A DNA stretch of 64,000 nt from Octopus sinensis (GCF_006345805.1 NC_043000.1:44764001-44828000), one strand, 5' to 3'. Positions 24,459 to 39,387 are shown, counted from the stretch's first letter. Notes: generated by a model not told the origin, from the sequence alone. Numbers and translations: made by a program.

Positions 24459-25770
24459 TTGTGTGTCTGTGTTTGTCCCCCTAGCATTGCTTGACAACCG
24501 ATGCTGGTGTGTTTACGTCCCCGTCACTTAGCGGTTCGGCAAAAGAGACCGATAGAATAAGTACTGGGCTTACAAAGAATAAGTCCCGGGGTCGATTTGC
24601 TCGACTAAAGGCGGTGCTCCAGCATGGCCGCAGTCAAATGACTGAAACAAGTAAAAAGAGTAAAAAGAGTAAAGAGTAACTCATTAAAATATATTTCTAT
24701 TTTCTAATACTCGCACAACACATGTAAACACGCTCGCCACATTAAGATCTCATCAACATCAGACCATCTCCATCCCTAACCACCATGCAGAAAAAAATGC
24801 ATAATAAATTAAATCTTAACTGTATTATTCAACACAAGAATAACAAAAGTAAAGTACGTACTTTAAACACAAGTACGAAATATAACACGTGCAAAACCAT
24901 TTAACACCAGAAATTACGAAAATGCATAAATGGACACGTGAGTAATATGTTTTAATCCTACACGCGTATTTTACAGTGGTGGTCTACCCACAGAACGAAT
25001 AAAATCTAGACGAAAAATAAGCTATATAAAAATTTAGATACAGTAATGCATCCCAAATAAACTAACATACGGAGATATATTCTCAAAACAAAATAAAAGT
25101 ATCAGAAATAGAAATAGAACACTTAAAAGGTAAAATACACCAGGAAAACGTAGATAGTAATCACACAGCAATGCCAAAGAATATCATAAGCACTGGGACT
25201 GTAAAGAACGAAGATAGACGTAACATGTTCAACAAAAACGAAGTAAGGAACGCAAGACGGACAAAAGGAATGTATAATGATGAGCAAAATGCACCAAATC
25301 AGAACACCAGAGATAAAAATATGAACAGGAGGGAACATGAAACAAATCTTAAGCCTGGAAACAGTGGAGGTGAAAATGATTATGATATTCTAAAAATGAA
25401 CATAATCAAAGAATTGAAAGTCACAGATCTAAGTATGAACCATCGATTGTACCTCCCAAAAATTGAAAGTGATATTAAACCAACATCAATGATAAATAGC
25501 ATGAATCTGGTTGTCACAGAACTAATAGTCGCAGAAGCATATGTCAATATGATCAGGCTAAATGATATAATACATGCAGCAGCTTCTGTGGCCACGAAAA
25601 GAAGCTCGATACACCCTAAAATCCATCCAAACAGGAGTATTACCACCCAAACAAACTCCGTGGAGAAATAATATCCAGAAAAAAAAAGAAAAGAAGAGAA
25701 AAGATCTGTCAGACCTTAATGAAACTAGTAGGCAATCAACACTACTAAGCAACAAGAGAATGGCAAAGTA
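23945..25770 (+). mobile_element. Older R4/Dong 5' portion (5' UTR and N-terminal ORF), interrupted by a SINE
   Basis: Aligns to the reverse complement of 48150-49485 (agaacgataaaac, ggact.tatccgagtaagtaatactcatt, NDYD..IIKELK.T.L.M.HR, KSIQTGV.PPKQTPW). Confidence 0.88.
24248..24678 (+). mobile_element. tRNA-derived SINE family 1
   Basis: Full copy with ggttcagtccc B-box and (aaaagagt) tail. Nested in the R4 5' UTR. Confidence 0.92.
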
Positions 25771-27209
25771 AAATATCAACAACACCAACGAAAGTAACAA
25801 ATGTTTAAAACATGTGAAAGCAACGCTTGCACACTTTCCATCAACAGTACTATCCGAAACAACAATGAGCATGAAAGCAACAAATGTAACAATGATAATG
25901 ATCATGGAAAACAGAGTAAAGGAAAAAAATCAGTTGTTGATTCAACACATTTGAAAATTCCACCTCTGGTACAAACATCACCATCACTATCACTACTAAC
26001 ACAAATAAAGTTAAGGTGCCATAATTAGCCAATCGAAAGTTAAGGGCTTCGCAAACTCGATTCGTTAAGAGGAGCTACTTTAAAGAAAACATAGCGTTAG
26101 ATATCAAACGCCGCTAAAGAAAGGCAGGATGGCTACTGTAGAAGTATACTAATTCGGACAAAATTGGAGGTGAACTAACATCAATATTAACACTGTCAAC
26201 ATCACTGTCATGTTCCGTTTCTTTACGGTTTCTGTTGTGCATACGTAAAGCGACGCCACTCATAAAGAAACTGAACTTGCATTGCACAGCTCAGATAGCT
26301 AGAAGATTAACAACGATCTATATGCTGCCACATTTTAAATAAGCACGTTGTTTTAAGCTCACACATACTTTCGCTTTCTCTCTCTTTGTGTTCACACTAC
26401 CCACTCTGCTCTCCAATGCACAGAGTTAAGTATGAGCTTTTAAAATGTACTTACTGCAACAATTGCTAATCTGTCGAACAATTGATTTCTCTGAAGATAT
26501 TCTAGAAAATAAATCTTCCTTCCACTATCCCCTATTCTATTAAGCTAATTTTAATTTAATCGTTTATTTTATTGTAAATTTCGTTTATGTTTGGTTTCTG
26601 TCTTTTGGCGAAATTACTTCATTTCAAATAAGTCGGTGAAAAAAAAAATGACTGAAGTTCCATCTGGAATTAAAAATGCGTATCCATGCTTCTACTCCAT
26701 CTTGAAATTTAGCATCAATAAACAATAATCCATCATATATACGTATATCATTTGTTTATTCATATTATTTGTTAATTGTTCTTTCTTTATATCATCTATA
26801 CTATCAATACTTCAGAGATTTAAAGATTTAAACTGTTCGTCTTACAATCTTTTGATTTAATTTCATACTATTAATTTCCATTTTCATTCTTTTTGTCAGA
26901 TATTTCATCCACTTTCAGCTTAGAGATTAATTTTGTTTATAGTTTTAGAGTTATTGAATAAATAAATAAATAAATACATAAATAAAAAATAAATGAATTA
27001 AATACAAGCAGCCATCAGTTTGTTTGCCTTGTTTGAGTTAGGCTCAAAAACAGTGCTAGATTATGGGGAAAGTATTTCCATTATACGAATATATGTATGA
27101 ATAATACTATAAACCGGTATACATACACACACACACCAAAGTATTCATATATGTAAATACATACACACATGAGTGTGTATGAAAATATCTATGACATATA
27201 TCTATCTAC

Positions 27210-27428
<219 letters not shown>

Positions 27429-27701
27429 TTGCAAATAGCTGTACAGAGTAATATATAACAGAATACAAATAAAGTCAGTCACTTGAGTGTCAGAAATAAT
27501 TTGAAAACTTCTTTATCATAAAATGAATAAATTCTTTAAAATTGAATATAAAAATTCACTCAACTTTTTCTTTCTGTAGCAATCTTGTTTGTTTCATATA
27601 GGATTTGATTTAAAGATTGAACTTGTAAGATATCCATCTTTTTCCGTACCAGAAAATAATAATGACCTTAGTTAAAATTGGGCTTCGATATTATATATAT
27701 A

Positions 27702-27748
<47 letters not shown>

Positions 27749-27764
27749 TATATACATACATTAT

Positions 27765-28740
27765 AAGTGTGCGATGGGTAAATTGTCGCCATCTTATAGT
27801 TGGAATTACGCATGTGCGCATTGTTTAGTTTAGATTTTGTCGACTACACATTATATTAGGGTCAGTTGGGAACCGTCTGTGAGAAAAACAGTATTATGAC
27901 GCAATTCACTCTACCAGGAATATGGAAACGACATGCTAAGTTGCTTGGCTATCACGCTAGAAGCTCCAACACTAACATTTAAGAGTGTTTGGGTGTCAAT
28001 CTGAGGATAGCGCAATCTGAGGACATGTATCGAGAGGGATAAAAATCAAACATCCAGTCAATACCAGGTTGTTCAGGTTGATCACTAGATATGGCGACAT
28101 TATGCCTCCATTCATCTTCCCACACGGAGAAGGTGGTGCTACCCTGGTTCAAGAGGGTGGCAGCTAGAAGAATCTATTTTTGGCAACATGACTCTGCACC
28201 ATGACAGAGTTTACTATGCCGCCTGAGTTGAGGTTCCGGAAATAATTGGTAACCTCTGGATAAATACTGTAAGTAGTGGAAGGTCATATGTGTTGCAGTA
28301 AGACTCTGCACTATCACACATGGCTCTAGTAACACTGGCATGGACGGCTAGAAATTTCATCATATAGCCCCTAAAATTACGCCTCCTAATTCCCAAGATC
28401 TCAATCCATTGGAATATTACATGTGGAGCATTGCTGAGAGCGTGAGAGGTCAATGAACACGTCCATAGCACTAAAGATTCTATGAAAGCTGCCATAGTCA
28501 GAGTAATGTCCAAAATGAACAAGAACCACTTGATTCGAGCATGTCGAGCGTGTAGATGATTTAGATCTCATTTAGAAGCAGTTGTTGACGCTGAAGGTGG
28601 CTTTATTGAATAACGTTATAGAAAAGAAGGGTTATTTTTATTCTCATAGCATTTTTTTGATAAATAAAGTTATCTGTTATTATATATCTGATTCTTTTAT
28701 AAACACAAATCTGTCCTGAAATATTTTACGCTCCCTGTAT
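27765..28740 (+). mobile_element. Decayed Tc1/mariner (maT/DD37D-like) transposon
   Basis: ITRYGDIMPPFIFP, FWQHDSAP, PPNSQDLNPLEYYMWSI, AEGGFIE*. Ends cgctccctgta. Confidence 0.8.
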
Positions 28741-28807
28741 GTATGTATTGGCTAAACTGGCAAAATGACCATTCCTAAATACAACAATATATATATATAT
28801 AATATAT

Positions 28808-28852
<45 letters not shown>

Positions 28853-28854
<2 letters not shown>

Positions 28855-29690
28855 GAGGTCTGATCAATAAGTACTGGTATTATAAAAACTACAACACATA
28901 GCAATTTGGAATTTAATCTTCTTCAAAGCAATCCCCTTCAGAGGAAACACACTTAATTCAGCGCTTTTCCCATTCATGGAAGCAATCCTGGAACTCGTTT
29001 TCTGGGGTAATTAGTAGCTACATCGTCGCATTCACTTTGAGATACTCGACGTCCTGAAATCTACTTCCTTGCAAGCAAGATTTGATTTTTGGAAAGAGGA
29101 AAATTCGCAAGGTGAATATGGTGGCTCTCGGACCTGGAGAATGCTGTGCCTGGCCAAAAACTGCTGCACAATCTACGTCGAATGGGCAGGTGCATTGTCT
29201 GCTGAAAGCAGTTTTGGCACAAACTTGACAGACGCGCGTCTCATACCCAAATCTTCAGTGATAATGGACTGAACCATAACTAATCTGCACATTCTCTGAT
29301 AACTCACAGATGGTAATTCGATGATTTCCACTCAGGACTGCATGGTCATCTACGATGTTTTTCTCAGTTCTGCTGGTTGCAGGTCTCCCAGAACATTCGT
29401 CACTATCGACATTTTTTCGGCTCATAAATCCCTCTCCATAGAGTTTCTGCAACTTTGGGTAGGCCTCTGAAAAGGTATCCCCAAGTTTTTGGCATAATTT
29501 GATGCAGATTCTCTGGTCAACTTCCTCTGTCATGGTCAATGCGAAGATCACTCGCTACACACGTTCCTTCCAAGCACCTCTGTAAATAGCGGAAGTAAGC
29601 TAGAACGTTAAAATGTAGTGCGCATGCATAGCAGAGTACAACGTCAATGTGTGGTAAGTGGCTTCACTCTGTTCTGTTAAAAGATGCCTT
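28853..29690 (-). mobile_element. Internally deleted mariner element
   Basis: ORF 29255-29551 has QRICIKLC..DECSGRPATS..NHRITICELS..ISYGSVH (mariner HTH). Terminus tacgaggtctgatcaataagta sits next to TA. Confidence 0.88.
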
Positions 29691-30237
29691 CGATCAAATG
29701 CGATCCAACCATGAGGCTGAAATACTTTTTTAACGTTTCATTTATAAAGAATTGTATCTAATGGGTTCTTTGCTTCATGATGCTACTGTGTGACTTAATG
29801 TAGATTTGGATGCTGTTTCTTTTGGTTCGTTGTTTCATTTGTGATGTAAGAGAGTTAACGACATGCTACAAGCGACCGCCATCTCGGTTGGTTTTCGCAT
29901 AATCCATCAAAACATCCACCATTTCTGTCTCTCCTCCTCTCTTTCTGCTCCTGCCTGTTTCAACCCTTTCTACCTCACTCCCTCTCTCTTTCACACTGTG
30001 TCTGTTATTCTCTCTTTCACACACCCTCTTTCCTTTATGAGATTTGTAGTAGATCAACTACGATTTATTTACCGTGATATTCTACAAACGCAGTTATGAA
30101 ATAATTGATCTTACAATCAATTTCCCAGAATTCCAGATTTTTGTGAATCTTTTTTCTTCACATATCGCTTCTATTTGCTGTTTCGATCTCAAACCACATA
30201 TCTGACATTATTCTAAGACAGTATCTGCAATTTCAAT

Positions 30238-30440
30238 GGCAGCAGCAGCAGCAGCAGTAGCAGCAATAACATCACATTTATCATCATAATCATTATATCA
30301 TTATCACCATTATTCATCAAGAACAATAACTACTACTACTACTACTGTTACTATTAGCACTACTACTACTACTACTATTACTATTAGTACTACCATTGCT
30401 GCTGTGGTTGCCGCTGCTACTACTACTACTACTACTGCTG

Positions 30441-30491
<51 letters not shown>
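30238..30491. repeat. (CAG)/(CAT)/(TAC)n microsatellites
   Basis: Directly visible. Confidence 0.95.
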
Positions 30492-31104
30492 TACCTTCTC
30501 TCTGCTTTCCTTTCATCATCTCTTTCTCTTCTTTCCCTCCTTTATGTCTTCTTCCGTATCTCGTAAATTCCTCTCTGCTTTCTTTATTTTCAAAATGTTG
30601 ACCTTTTTTTTTTACTTGAAATGTTGTAGACCATGAGATACGCCTTCTTTCAAACTATCAATCGATTTCTACTGAAATAAAATCATAAATATGTGCATAT
30701 TATCCCTAAGGATAATATTTGATTTATCCTGAAAGATACACCTGTCTACGTGAACATGCGAGTGCTCTCAAACATGTGCGTACACAAACATACACACGTA
30801 CGTACATGCACGTATTCACATAACATACATAGGAGGACGTTGCCCTGTCATGCTTAACCTCAGGTGACACGTCAACCACGACGATGGCAGCTAACTCATA
30901 GATATTGTTATATATATATATATATAAATGAATGTATGCATGCATACGTTCATACACGCATACACAAATGTGTACATGCATGTGTATAACTTTGTGTGTG
31001 TATACATGCGTATAAATATGTCGACTTCTAACGAGTTTGATAAGTGCCAGCGTCAAAACTCTTGGACCTTGTGTCATTTTGTTTCTTCTCCTAAATATTA
31101 ATCC

Positions 31105-31622
31105 TATTTACTCCAGACACAAGGCCCTAAAATTTGGAGGAGGGGACCAGTCGATTAGATCGACTCCAGTACGCAACTGGTACTTAATTTAATTTATCGA
31201 CCTCAAAAGAATGAAAGGCAAAGTCGACGTCGGCGGAATTTGCATTCAGAACGTAATGACAGACGAAATACCTATTTCTTTACTACCAACAAGGGGCTAA
31301 ACACAGAGAGGACAAACAAGGACAGACAAACGGATTACGTCGATTATATCGACCCCAGTGCGTAACTGGTACTCATTTAATTGACACCGAAAGGATAAAA
31401 GGCAAAGTCGACCTCAGCGGTATTTGAATTCAGAACGTAATGACAGACAAAATACCTGTTTCTTTATTACCCACAAGGGGCTAAACACAGAGAGGACAAA
31501 CGAGGATAGGCAAACGGTTTAAGTCGATTATATTGACCCCAGTGCATAACTCAGAAGGTAACGGCAGACGAAATACCGCTAAGCATTTCGCCCGGCGTGC
31601 TAACGTATCTGCCAGCTCACCC
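31105..31622 (-). mobile_element. SINE family 2 with internal tandem amplification (~185-bp unit, ~2.5 copies)
   Basis: Variants of gaccccagtgcgtaactgg recur at ~31161, 31350 and 31534. The head, reverse complement of gtgagctggcaga, lies at ~31608-31620. Confidence 0.85.
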
Positions 31623-31655
31623 TTTTCTACAAATATTGATAGATAAGTATATATA

Positions 31656-31724
<69 letters not shown>

Positions 31725-31834
31725 TGTATGTATGTATGTATGTATGTATGTATGTATGTATGTGTGTGAGTGGGTGCGTGTCTGTGTTATCTATGAAATA
31801 GGGAGATTTTGTGTTATTTGTATTTCTTTTTCTT

Positions 31835-32232
31835 TTATACTTTTACTTGTTTCAGTTATTTGTCTGTGGTCATGCTGGAACATGGCCTCGAATTTTTTGA
31901 ATTGAACAAATCAACCTCAGGACTCATTCCTTAAGCCTAGTAATTATTCTATCGGTCTCTTTTTTCCGAACTGCTAATATACAAAGACATAAACAAACCA
32001 ATATCGGTTGTCTGTTTAGTGATGGGAGTCAAACACGGACACAAAGATACACACACATAGATATGTACATATGGGCTTCATTCGATTTTCATCTGCCAAA
32101 TCCACACACAAGGATTTGGTCGGCCCGAGGCTATATTAGAAGATACTTGCCCGATGTGCCATGCAGTGGGACTGAACCTGGATCCATCTGGTTGGAAAGC
32201 AGTCTTCTTAGCACACAGCCATGCCTACGCCT
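31835..32232 (-). mobile_element. SINE family 1, diverged
   Basis: tttacttgtttcagt ... gcagtgggactgaacc ... cacacagccatgcctacgcc is the reverse complement of the 5112 copy. Confidence 0.88.
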
Positions 32233-33679
32233 GTATGTTTGATTTGTTAACTAATTTCTTTTTAGATATTTGTATTTGATAGTAAGCTTCAACCTTTTTC
32301 ACTCACATTTATTTCAGTACGACTATAAAAGGAAATAGAATGCAAAACAATATGATGAGGTGTTGCGAAATTGTTAGGTAGGTATTATCTCAAGCATAAA
32401 GAATATTGCAGTTCTCAGAACTTCAATACATGATTTTGTTGTCGTCGTCGCAGTTCTTGGTATTGATGCGTTTACCGCTGATGCGTTGCTCTAAGTCAGC
32501 TGTGAATAGGAAAGCCATTGTCACGCTTGTAATTGGCCAAATGCCGATCCACGACCAGCAGATTCATCAACCCTTGTAATATTATTTTCGTTCAGTTTAG
32601 AAGCTCAATTTGCGTTCTGAGTGCGATGTTACTTTATACAGCGTACAGAATAATATCTTGTATAAATTATCCAGAAAGTATCTAAAGCTTCGAGAGAGTG
32701 GCAATAAATAGCTGCGAAATCATCTTTAAATTCTACTCTAACTTCAAGAAATGCTATACAGGATAACTTATATGCACACTCATTTTTTTGGTTACTCATC
32801 TTGCAATAGCAGCTATTCCTGTCATATGATACTCTTGCATTGCCTTGAGCCTTCACCTCCTGAGCGAGTTAGTGAGGCTTCGTAGTAACATATAGTGCGT
32901 CGTGTGCTCTTTTCGGCCGAGTGAAACTCATGTCTCTCTAGATTTGACTACGACCGATTTCTTCTGATAAGAGAGAAATAGAAGGGTGAAACGGGGGGAA
33001 AGAAAGAGGGAAGAGAGAGAGAGAAAGCAAATGGATGTGAGAATCGAAACCTCCAAGATCATGACGTTTATTTATCTACCTAGAAATAATAATAGGCAAA
33101 GTTGCAGATCAGAGGATTTGAACCTAGAAACCCGGGAACAGATGTCATATGGTGTTCTCACGTGTCTGCCAGTTCGCCAACATATAAAACCCTAGCACCT
33201 TGAAGAAAAAGTCAATGAATATCACGCTGCAATACATAGGAGAGTCATAGCAAGCTTCGTAGTTCCAGAAGACAAAAGCACTATCAATATTCTTAATATG
33301 TCTTTGTCACACAGTCCAACATACAGTATCTTAAATATAAGATTTCATGTCGTGAGTAGAGCCCTTTCGGTATGTATACTCGATCATATTTTTGAGCATG
33401 TGCTAAACAAAATTAATGCGTGTCATGTCCCTTTAGATTATACATTTCAAATATAGCGGAAGTCTATTTTTCTATGCATGCTTGTATGATCAATTAAGTA
33501 ATATATTAGTCAAGTTTTTCCTAAATTGTAACACCTTGTGCTTTTTGTTACGAATCATTTTCTTTTTTCTTTATCTTAGCATTTAGCCTGCTTCTGTGCA
33601 TGCCCTGTGTAATTATATGTATTTATGAGGTATAGACGTTGCTTCAACCAACGCTTCGCTCCACCTGACATTGCAAGCC

Positions 33680-33950
33680 TACCAACGTGGCTGTGTGGTA
33701 AGAAGTTTGCTTCCCGACCACATGGTTTCCGGTACAGTCCCCTTGCAAGGCACCTCGGGCATGTGTCTTTTAGTATCGCATCGAACCAGCCAATGCCTTG
33801 TAAGAGGATTTGCGGATCTGGTAGGCGAAAACAGAAAGAAGCCCGGTGTTGGTCAATTACTGGCTAAAAAGGCCGATTCAATAGGTACCAAGCTTTAAAA
33901 AATATGTACCTCAGCATGGCCGCAGTCTAATGTTTGAAATAAGTAAAAGG
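33680..33950 (+). mobile_element. SINE family 1, diverged and internally deleted
   Basis: gtggctgtgtggtaagaagtttgc ... cagcatggccgcagtc...aagtaaaag. Confidence 0.8.
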
Positions 33951-34031
33951 TAATAACTTATCTTTATCAGCACACAAGGTGGAAAGTTATAACAAAGCTA
34001 TCTGAAAAATCTATTAAAGCATTCTATTAAA

Positions 34032-34435
34032 GCAGGAGTGGCTGTGTGGTAAGTAGCTTGTTTACCAACCACATGGTTCCGGGTTCAGTCCCACTGCGTG
34101 GCTCCTTGGGTAAGTGTCTTCTACTATAGCCTCGGGCCGACCAAAGCCTTGTGAGTGGATTTGGTAGGTGGAAAATGAAAGAAGCCCGTCGTATATATGT
34201 ATATATACAAATGTATGTGTGTGTGTTTGTGTGTCTGTGTTTGTCCCCCTTGCATCGCTTGACAACTGATGCTGGTGTTTATGTCCCCGTCACTTAGCGG
34301 TTCGGCAAAAATGGTCCGATAGAATAAGTACTGGGCTTACAAAGAATAAGTCCCGGGGCTGTGTTGCTCGATTAAAGGTGGTGCTCCATCATGGCCGCAG
34401 TCAAATGACTGAAACAAGTAAAAGAGTAAAAGAGT
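34032..34435 (+). mobile_element. SINE family 1
   Basis: Near-identical to 24248-24678. Confidence 0.92.
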
Positions 34436-35361
34436 ATCTACCCACTACCTAAACTCTTCGTGAATTTTTTAAGTCCGGAATGTTTTTATTTCGGTGTCAT
34501 CAATATATGATATGTATTTTACAATGCATTAGCATACCACTATTATTTTACATTAGTGGTTGTTTGTTTTTTTAATATAACTTTTCCAAAGCATAGTCGC
34601 TGTTCAATTCACAATTTTACCAGTTAGATATGTTTATATTTCTTTAGACGTTTTATGAATTTCTATAAAACTATCTATATTTTCATTATAGATAATATTA
34701 GATATTAAAAGTTACAAATAAAGACAGTAAATTGAAACTGACGGTATCCAAGGTATACATTTATCACCTGCCAGAATATCTATTATTTTTTTGTATTAAA
34801 GATAAACGCCTTTACTTCATTTTCTTTTTTCTGTATTTTTATATTGTTTTTGTAAATTTAATCAACACGATAGGCCAAATGTTATTTCTGTATTTCACAC
34901 CATGAAAAATGAAAATAACGTCTAAAAGTAATGTGAGACAACTTTCGTTGAAGCGTCTTTGATCAAAGGCTTGTCTACTCAATAAGACTTGAAGGAAGGC
35001 CAACCACTAACGACAGCTTGGAATAATAGTCAGTAAAGAATATCTATGAAGATATACGTACTTCATGCAGCAGTCGAGTGTTTCCCAGAAATTATCCTAC
35101 CATCGTTAAAATGACAAACAGCTAAACTAAAAATATTTAAGCAGTAAAGTTCATAAAAAAGACAAAAGGTACCGAACCTACACATGATTTTTACCAAATA
35201 GAAAGAGTTGGCAAAGTTGTTAAAGAGTAAGACATAAAACTTGCAATATTTTATTACGGGTTCTTTATCATTCGATTGTTAAGCCTACATATATCATCTT
35301 AGAATTTCATCTATTCGAAATAGATAGAATAAATCACCAGGTAAGAACTTATATCAATTCA

Positions 35362-35650
35362 TTATTTCCAGGTGGCAAGATCTAAAAATGGAATTTTAAA
35401 AGAATAAGATTGCTACAAGCAGCAATAACAAAATACATTAAATATAACCAGCAAAAGTGTATTGTGCATAATCGGTGACGAAAACCATATAATGCAGCGT
35501 ATGAAGGTTTCTTAATTCCAGGTGGCAAGATATAAAAATGTAATTTTAAAAGAATAAAATGTTGTCAGAGAACAATAAAAATACGTCTAAAATAATCAGC
35601 AAAAGTGTATTGTATCTAGTCAGTAACTCAACCTATATAATGTCGCATGT
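35362..35650. repeat. Tandem duplication, ~150-bp unit x2
   Basis: ttccaggtggcaagat at 35366 and 35516, followed by aattttaaaagaataa and cagcaaaagtgtattgt in both copies. Confidence 0.85.
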
Positions 35651-37595
35651 GAATAGTGTTTCCAACACCACTGAAATAAAAACAACATTTTATGGAACGA
35701 CATTTTATACTTAAAGATGAAAAAAGCGCAGCTCCAGTTGTTCGTCATATATTTCAACCAATCGAAACGATTTTATTATATTAATTTCTGATATTAGCAA
35801 CTGATATTAGTACAACAAACATTTTCGCTTGTTTGTTCTTCGGGAAGAGGCATTGTCTATAGTCCTTGTATGTTCTCGTTAAGCGAAATTGTTAACGTTC
35901 CTTTCAGACTTGTATATACGGCATCTGAAAGAAAGACGTAAGGAAGAAGGGAATTCGTGAAGGCCGACTTTCTTATGGGGAAGGTTTTGACATTCGGTAA
36001 TATAATTCAATGCTAGTGCTTATAATACAATATGGGCGGTGAAAATAAAGTAAACGCGTAAGCCGTAAGTACCTAACTAGAAGTGATTTAGCACCAGCCT
36101 GCTAAGAGGAGCAGTGACCATTATAATGTAATAGCAGTAGTAAACACACATAATCTGTGAGGAAAATTATGCCAGACAGTGAAGTAGATTTTCTTTATAC
36201 GACAGCAACAATAGCCAATTGATGAGAAGCCAAGCATAATGTAGTCAATTGAGAAACTTCGATAAAAATATTTTGCCTGACTCAGCTCAGAAAACAAATC
36301 TCTGTAAAGAAGTAACCAAATTCGTCAAGATTAACAGAAGCATCTCTCTTTCTAGAATTTTATTAAATTGAACCAGTACTCTAAAATTCAAGACATTAAA
36401 TTCAACAATGTTAGATACCAACGATTATGCAGATTCTTTTAAATGAGTCGTTCGATCATTTATTTACCTCACTGCATCATATTGTGTGTTAAAGTAGAAC
36501 TGAGTGTGAAGAGACTATGCAATAACAACAAACACACCATCAACATCAAACACACGACAGTAAAAGAGTTTACTACACGGCCGCGAGAATTAGCTGTTAA
36601 ACGTCATTCATACATAAATACATACTGGATAATGTGTTTCTGGAAACACATTACAAGAATCCTTTTGATCACAGGTCTCTTCGTCGACAACTAGACTGGT
36701 GCTAAATATTAACGACAACGAATGCAAGAGCAACATTATATTGACTGAAAGAAGAAAATCTAAAATAGTTCCTGGCTTGCCTTTGCTTGTTATGCTTTCA
36801 TTCCAGTGACTGTTTGTACCAATTATATTATTTCATAGGTGTTTACTCTAGACATCTTTCTTTATGCATACTTTTCATTTCTTTCTTTCATCTTTTATGC
36901 TTTCTATTTTGTATCGGAATGATGCTAGAAAAGCAAAAGTAAAGGATAGAAAGAAAATATAAAAGTATTAGAAGTAAGATAATTTACAATATTTGTTATC
37001 TGTAAACCATTTCTTCCTGTCTTATAAATAACGAAGATCAATAATACAAAGAGAAAGTAAAATGCAAAGATGAGGGTAGATATAGACAACACAGGCGTAA
37101 GCAAAATAATACACACACACACAAACAAGCACACAAATATATTTATATCAACAAATATAAAAATAAAAAGATGGCAAATTTGTACATTACATGTATTGCT
37201 CATGCAAAGTGACAGCTGTACCTAATTATGAAGAGTTATCATAAATATTTGCATACTACAGATAAACTATTTGGCATAATGTTTATGCTAATATATTTAG
37301 TTTTATACATCTAAATTTGTTTCTGTTAAAGTGAGACATTTTGTCTCCTTTCGTTATTTATTATTCCACTGTAACTAAATAATTTGATTCTTGTCTGTTT
37401 ATTTGTTAATTTTCAACATTACTTATCAAATTTCATAGTTAATTAACCAGATGATAAAAACAAAAATGGAAGCTAAACATAGATGCATACACACACACAT
37501 AGAGACACACAAAGGCATATACATAGATAATACATACATGCATACATATGTAATGTGTGTATGTATTAAATATATAGGTGTATAGGTGTATGCGC

Positions 37596-37667
<72 letters not shown>

Positions 37668-38989
37668 ATATGTATGCATGCATGTTTATCTTTAGCTGTA
37701 TACCGGCATGAGTGTATGTATATGCACATCTACTTGTACACATGTATATATACTTCTGTATATATACAACAGAATATTTAAAGACAAAAAGCTTACAAAT
37801 GTAAAAGATTGAATGAATTTAGTTGCAAAAACAAACATTTAGAAAAGACCACACATATACATTGCTAAATTATATAATATACAAAATGGCTAATGACTGA
37901 ATAACACTTCATCATGGGTTGCAATGGGAAAAATTTTGTAACTAGTAGAGCGAGAAGATAAAATTTGAGAAACTTCACCTGGGCCACATCTTATAATTAA
38001 ACCAACTTTAAATCCTGCTCCTTCTTTTCTTACAATCACTTTATTATTTTTACAACGTATGGTAATAAAAAGCACTCTCATTCATATTCTCCTCTTTTTA
38101 CATCATCCACCTTTTTTTTTATTTCGTGGTTGTGATGTCCTTGCAGTTAAATGTGGTGTACAGCAATGCGAGTGGCTGGTATTAACAAAATGACAAGATA
38201 TGAAAAAAGCAAATAACACCACATTTAAAAATGTTTGAATAATAAAAATGAAGATATTAGATTTGTTGTTTGTTTAGTTTTTAATGTTCAAATCGTATTT
38301 ATCATACCTGAAAACGTTGACAATTTCATAAAAACTATTTTCCCCAACCCCTCTATTTCGTCTTCTATCTCTGAAGCTCTTACTTCATTGCCAAACTTAA
38401 GAACTTTGACGACGTCTATTAATGAAACTACCTCGACGTCTTCTACTCCACTTCTTCCACTCTTTACTGAAGAAAATTCACGACGTCTGTTAATAAACTT
38501 GAATTTGAAAGCTGTTTTCCTCCTCATCCTCCTCTACACTTCATTTTCACCATAATCGTCGTTAATGTCATTGACATTATTACAGACATTAGCATCATTA
38601 GCATCAGCACCATTAAATGTACAAACCGACTAATATTTAATGTAGCATAATCATACATACAAATTAACAGGTCTACAATTACACACACAATTATACGTAC
38701 ATATGAGCACTTATGTAAAGATGAATATCTATACATTACATTTGCGCATTGCTGTATGTATTCAAATGTGAACAGAATCACATGTAAGTGTTACTGTATG
38801 TGTGCATGTATGTATATATAAGTATAAGAGTGAATGTGTGGACGCGCGTGGTTTAATGAATACGGGTGTTATATTCACGATCGGAAGTTTGTGGTTTCGT
38901 TTCTTGAACTGGTGAAAACACTTCATTTTATATTGTTCGAGTTGTATCAGAGATACCCGCCCTTGCTCGGGATTAAAATGGCATAGATT

Positions 38990-39188
38990 TTTTTATTGTT
39001 TTAGTTGTTTCAGTCTCGTGACTGTGGCCATGCTGGATCACCGGACAAATCGACCACAGGTTTTATTCTTTGTAAGCCTAGTACTTATTCTATCAGTGTC
39101 TTTTTCCGAACCGCTTAGTTATGGGATTGTAAACACAGCAGCATCGGTTGTCAAGCAATGGTGGAGATACACATGAACAGACAGATAG

Positions 39189-39239
<51 letters not shown>

Positions 39240-39322
39240 TACAAATATATCCATGTATACGACAGTCTTTCAGTTTCCGTGTACGAAATCCACTCACAAA
39301 GCTTGGTCGGCCTGAGGCTATA
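38990..39322 (-). mobile_element. SINE family 1 lacking its head (ends at a TA tract)
   Basis: ttgtttcagtc...tacttattctatc...gcatcggttgtcaagc...aatccactcacaa. Confidence 0.85.
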
Positions 39323-39327
39323 ATATA

Positions 39328-39387
<60 letters not shown>

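Noticed and set aside
38235-38555. Ser/Thr-rich ORF with a hydrophobic end, resembling a receptor N-terminus or LRR
   Set aside because: No canonical start, clear splice sites or family motif; cannot be supported without RNA data.
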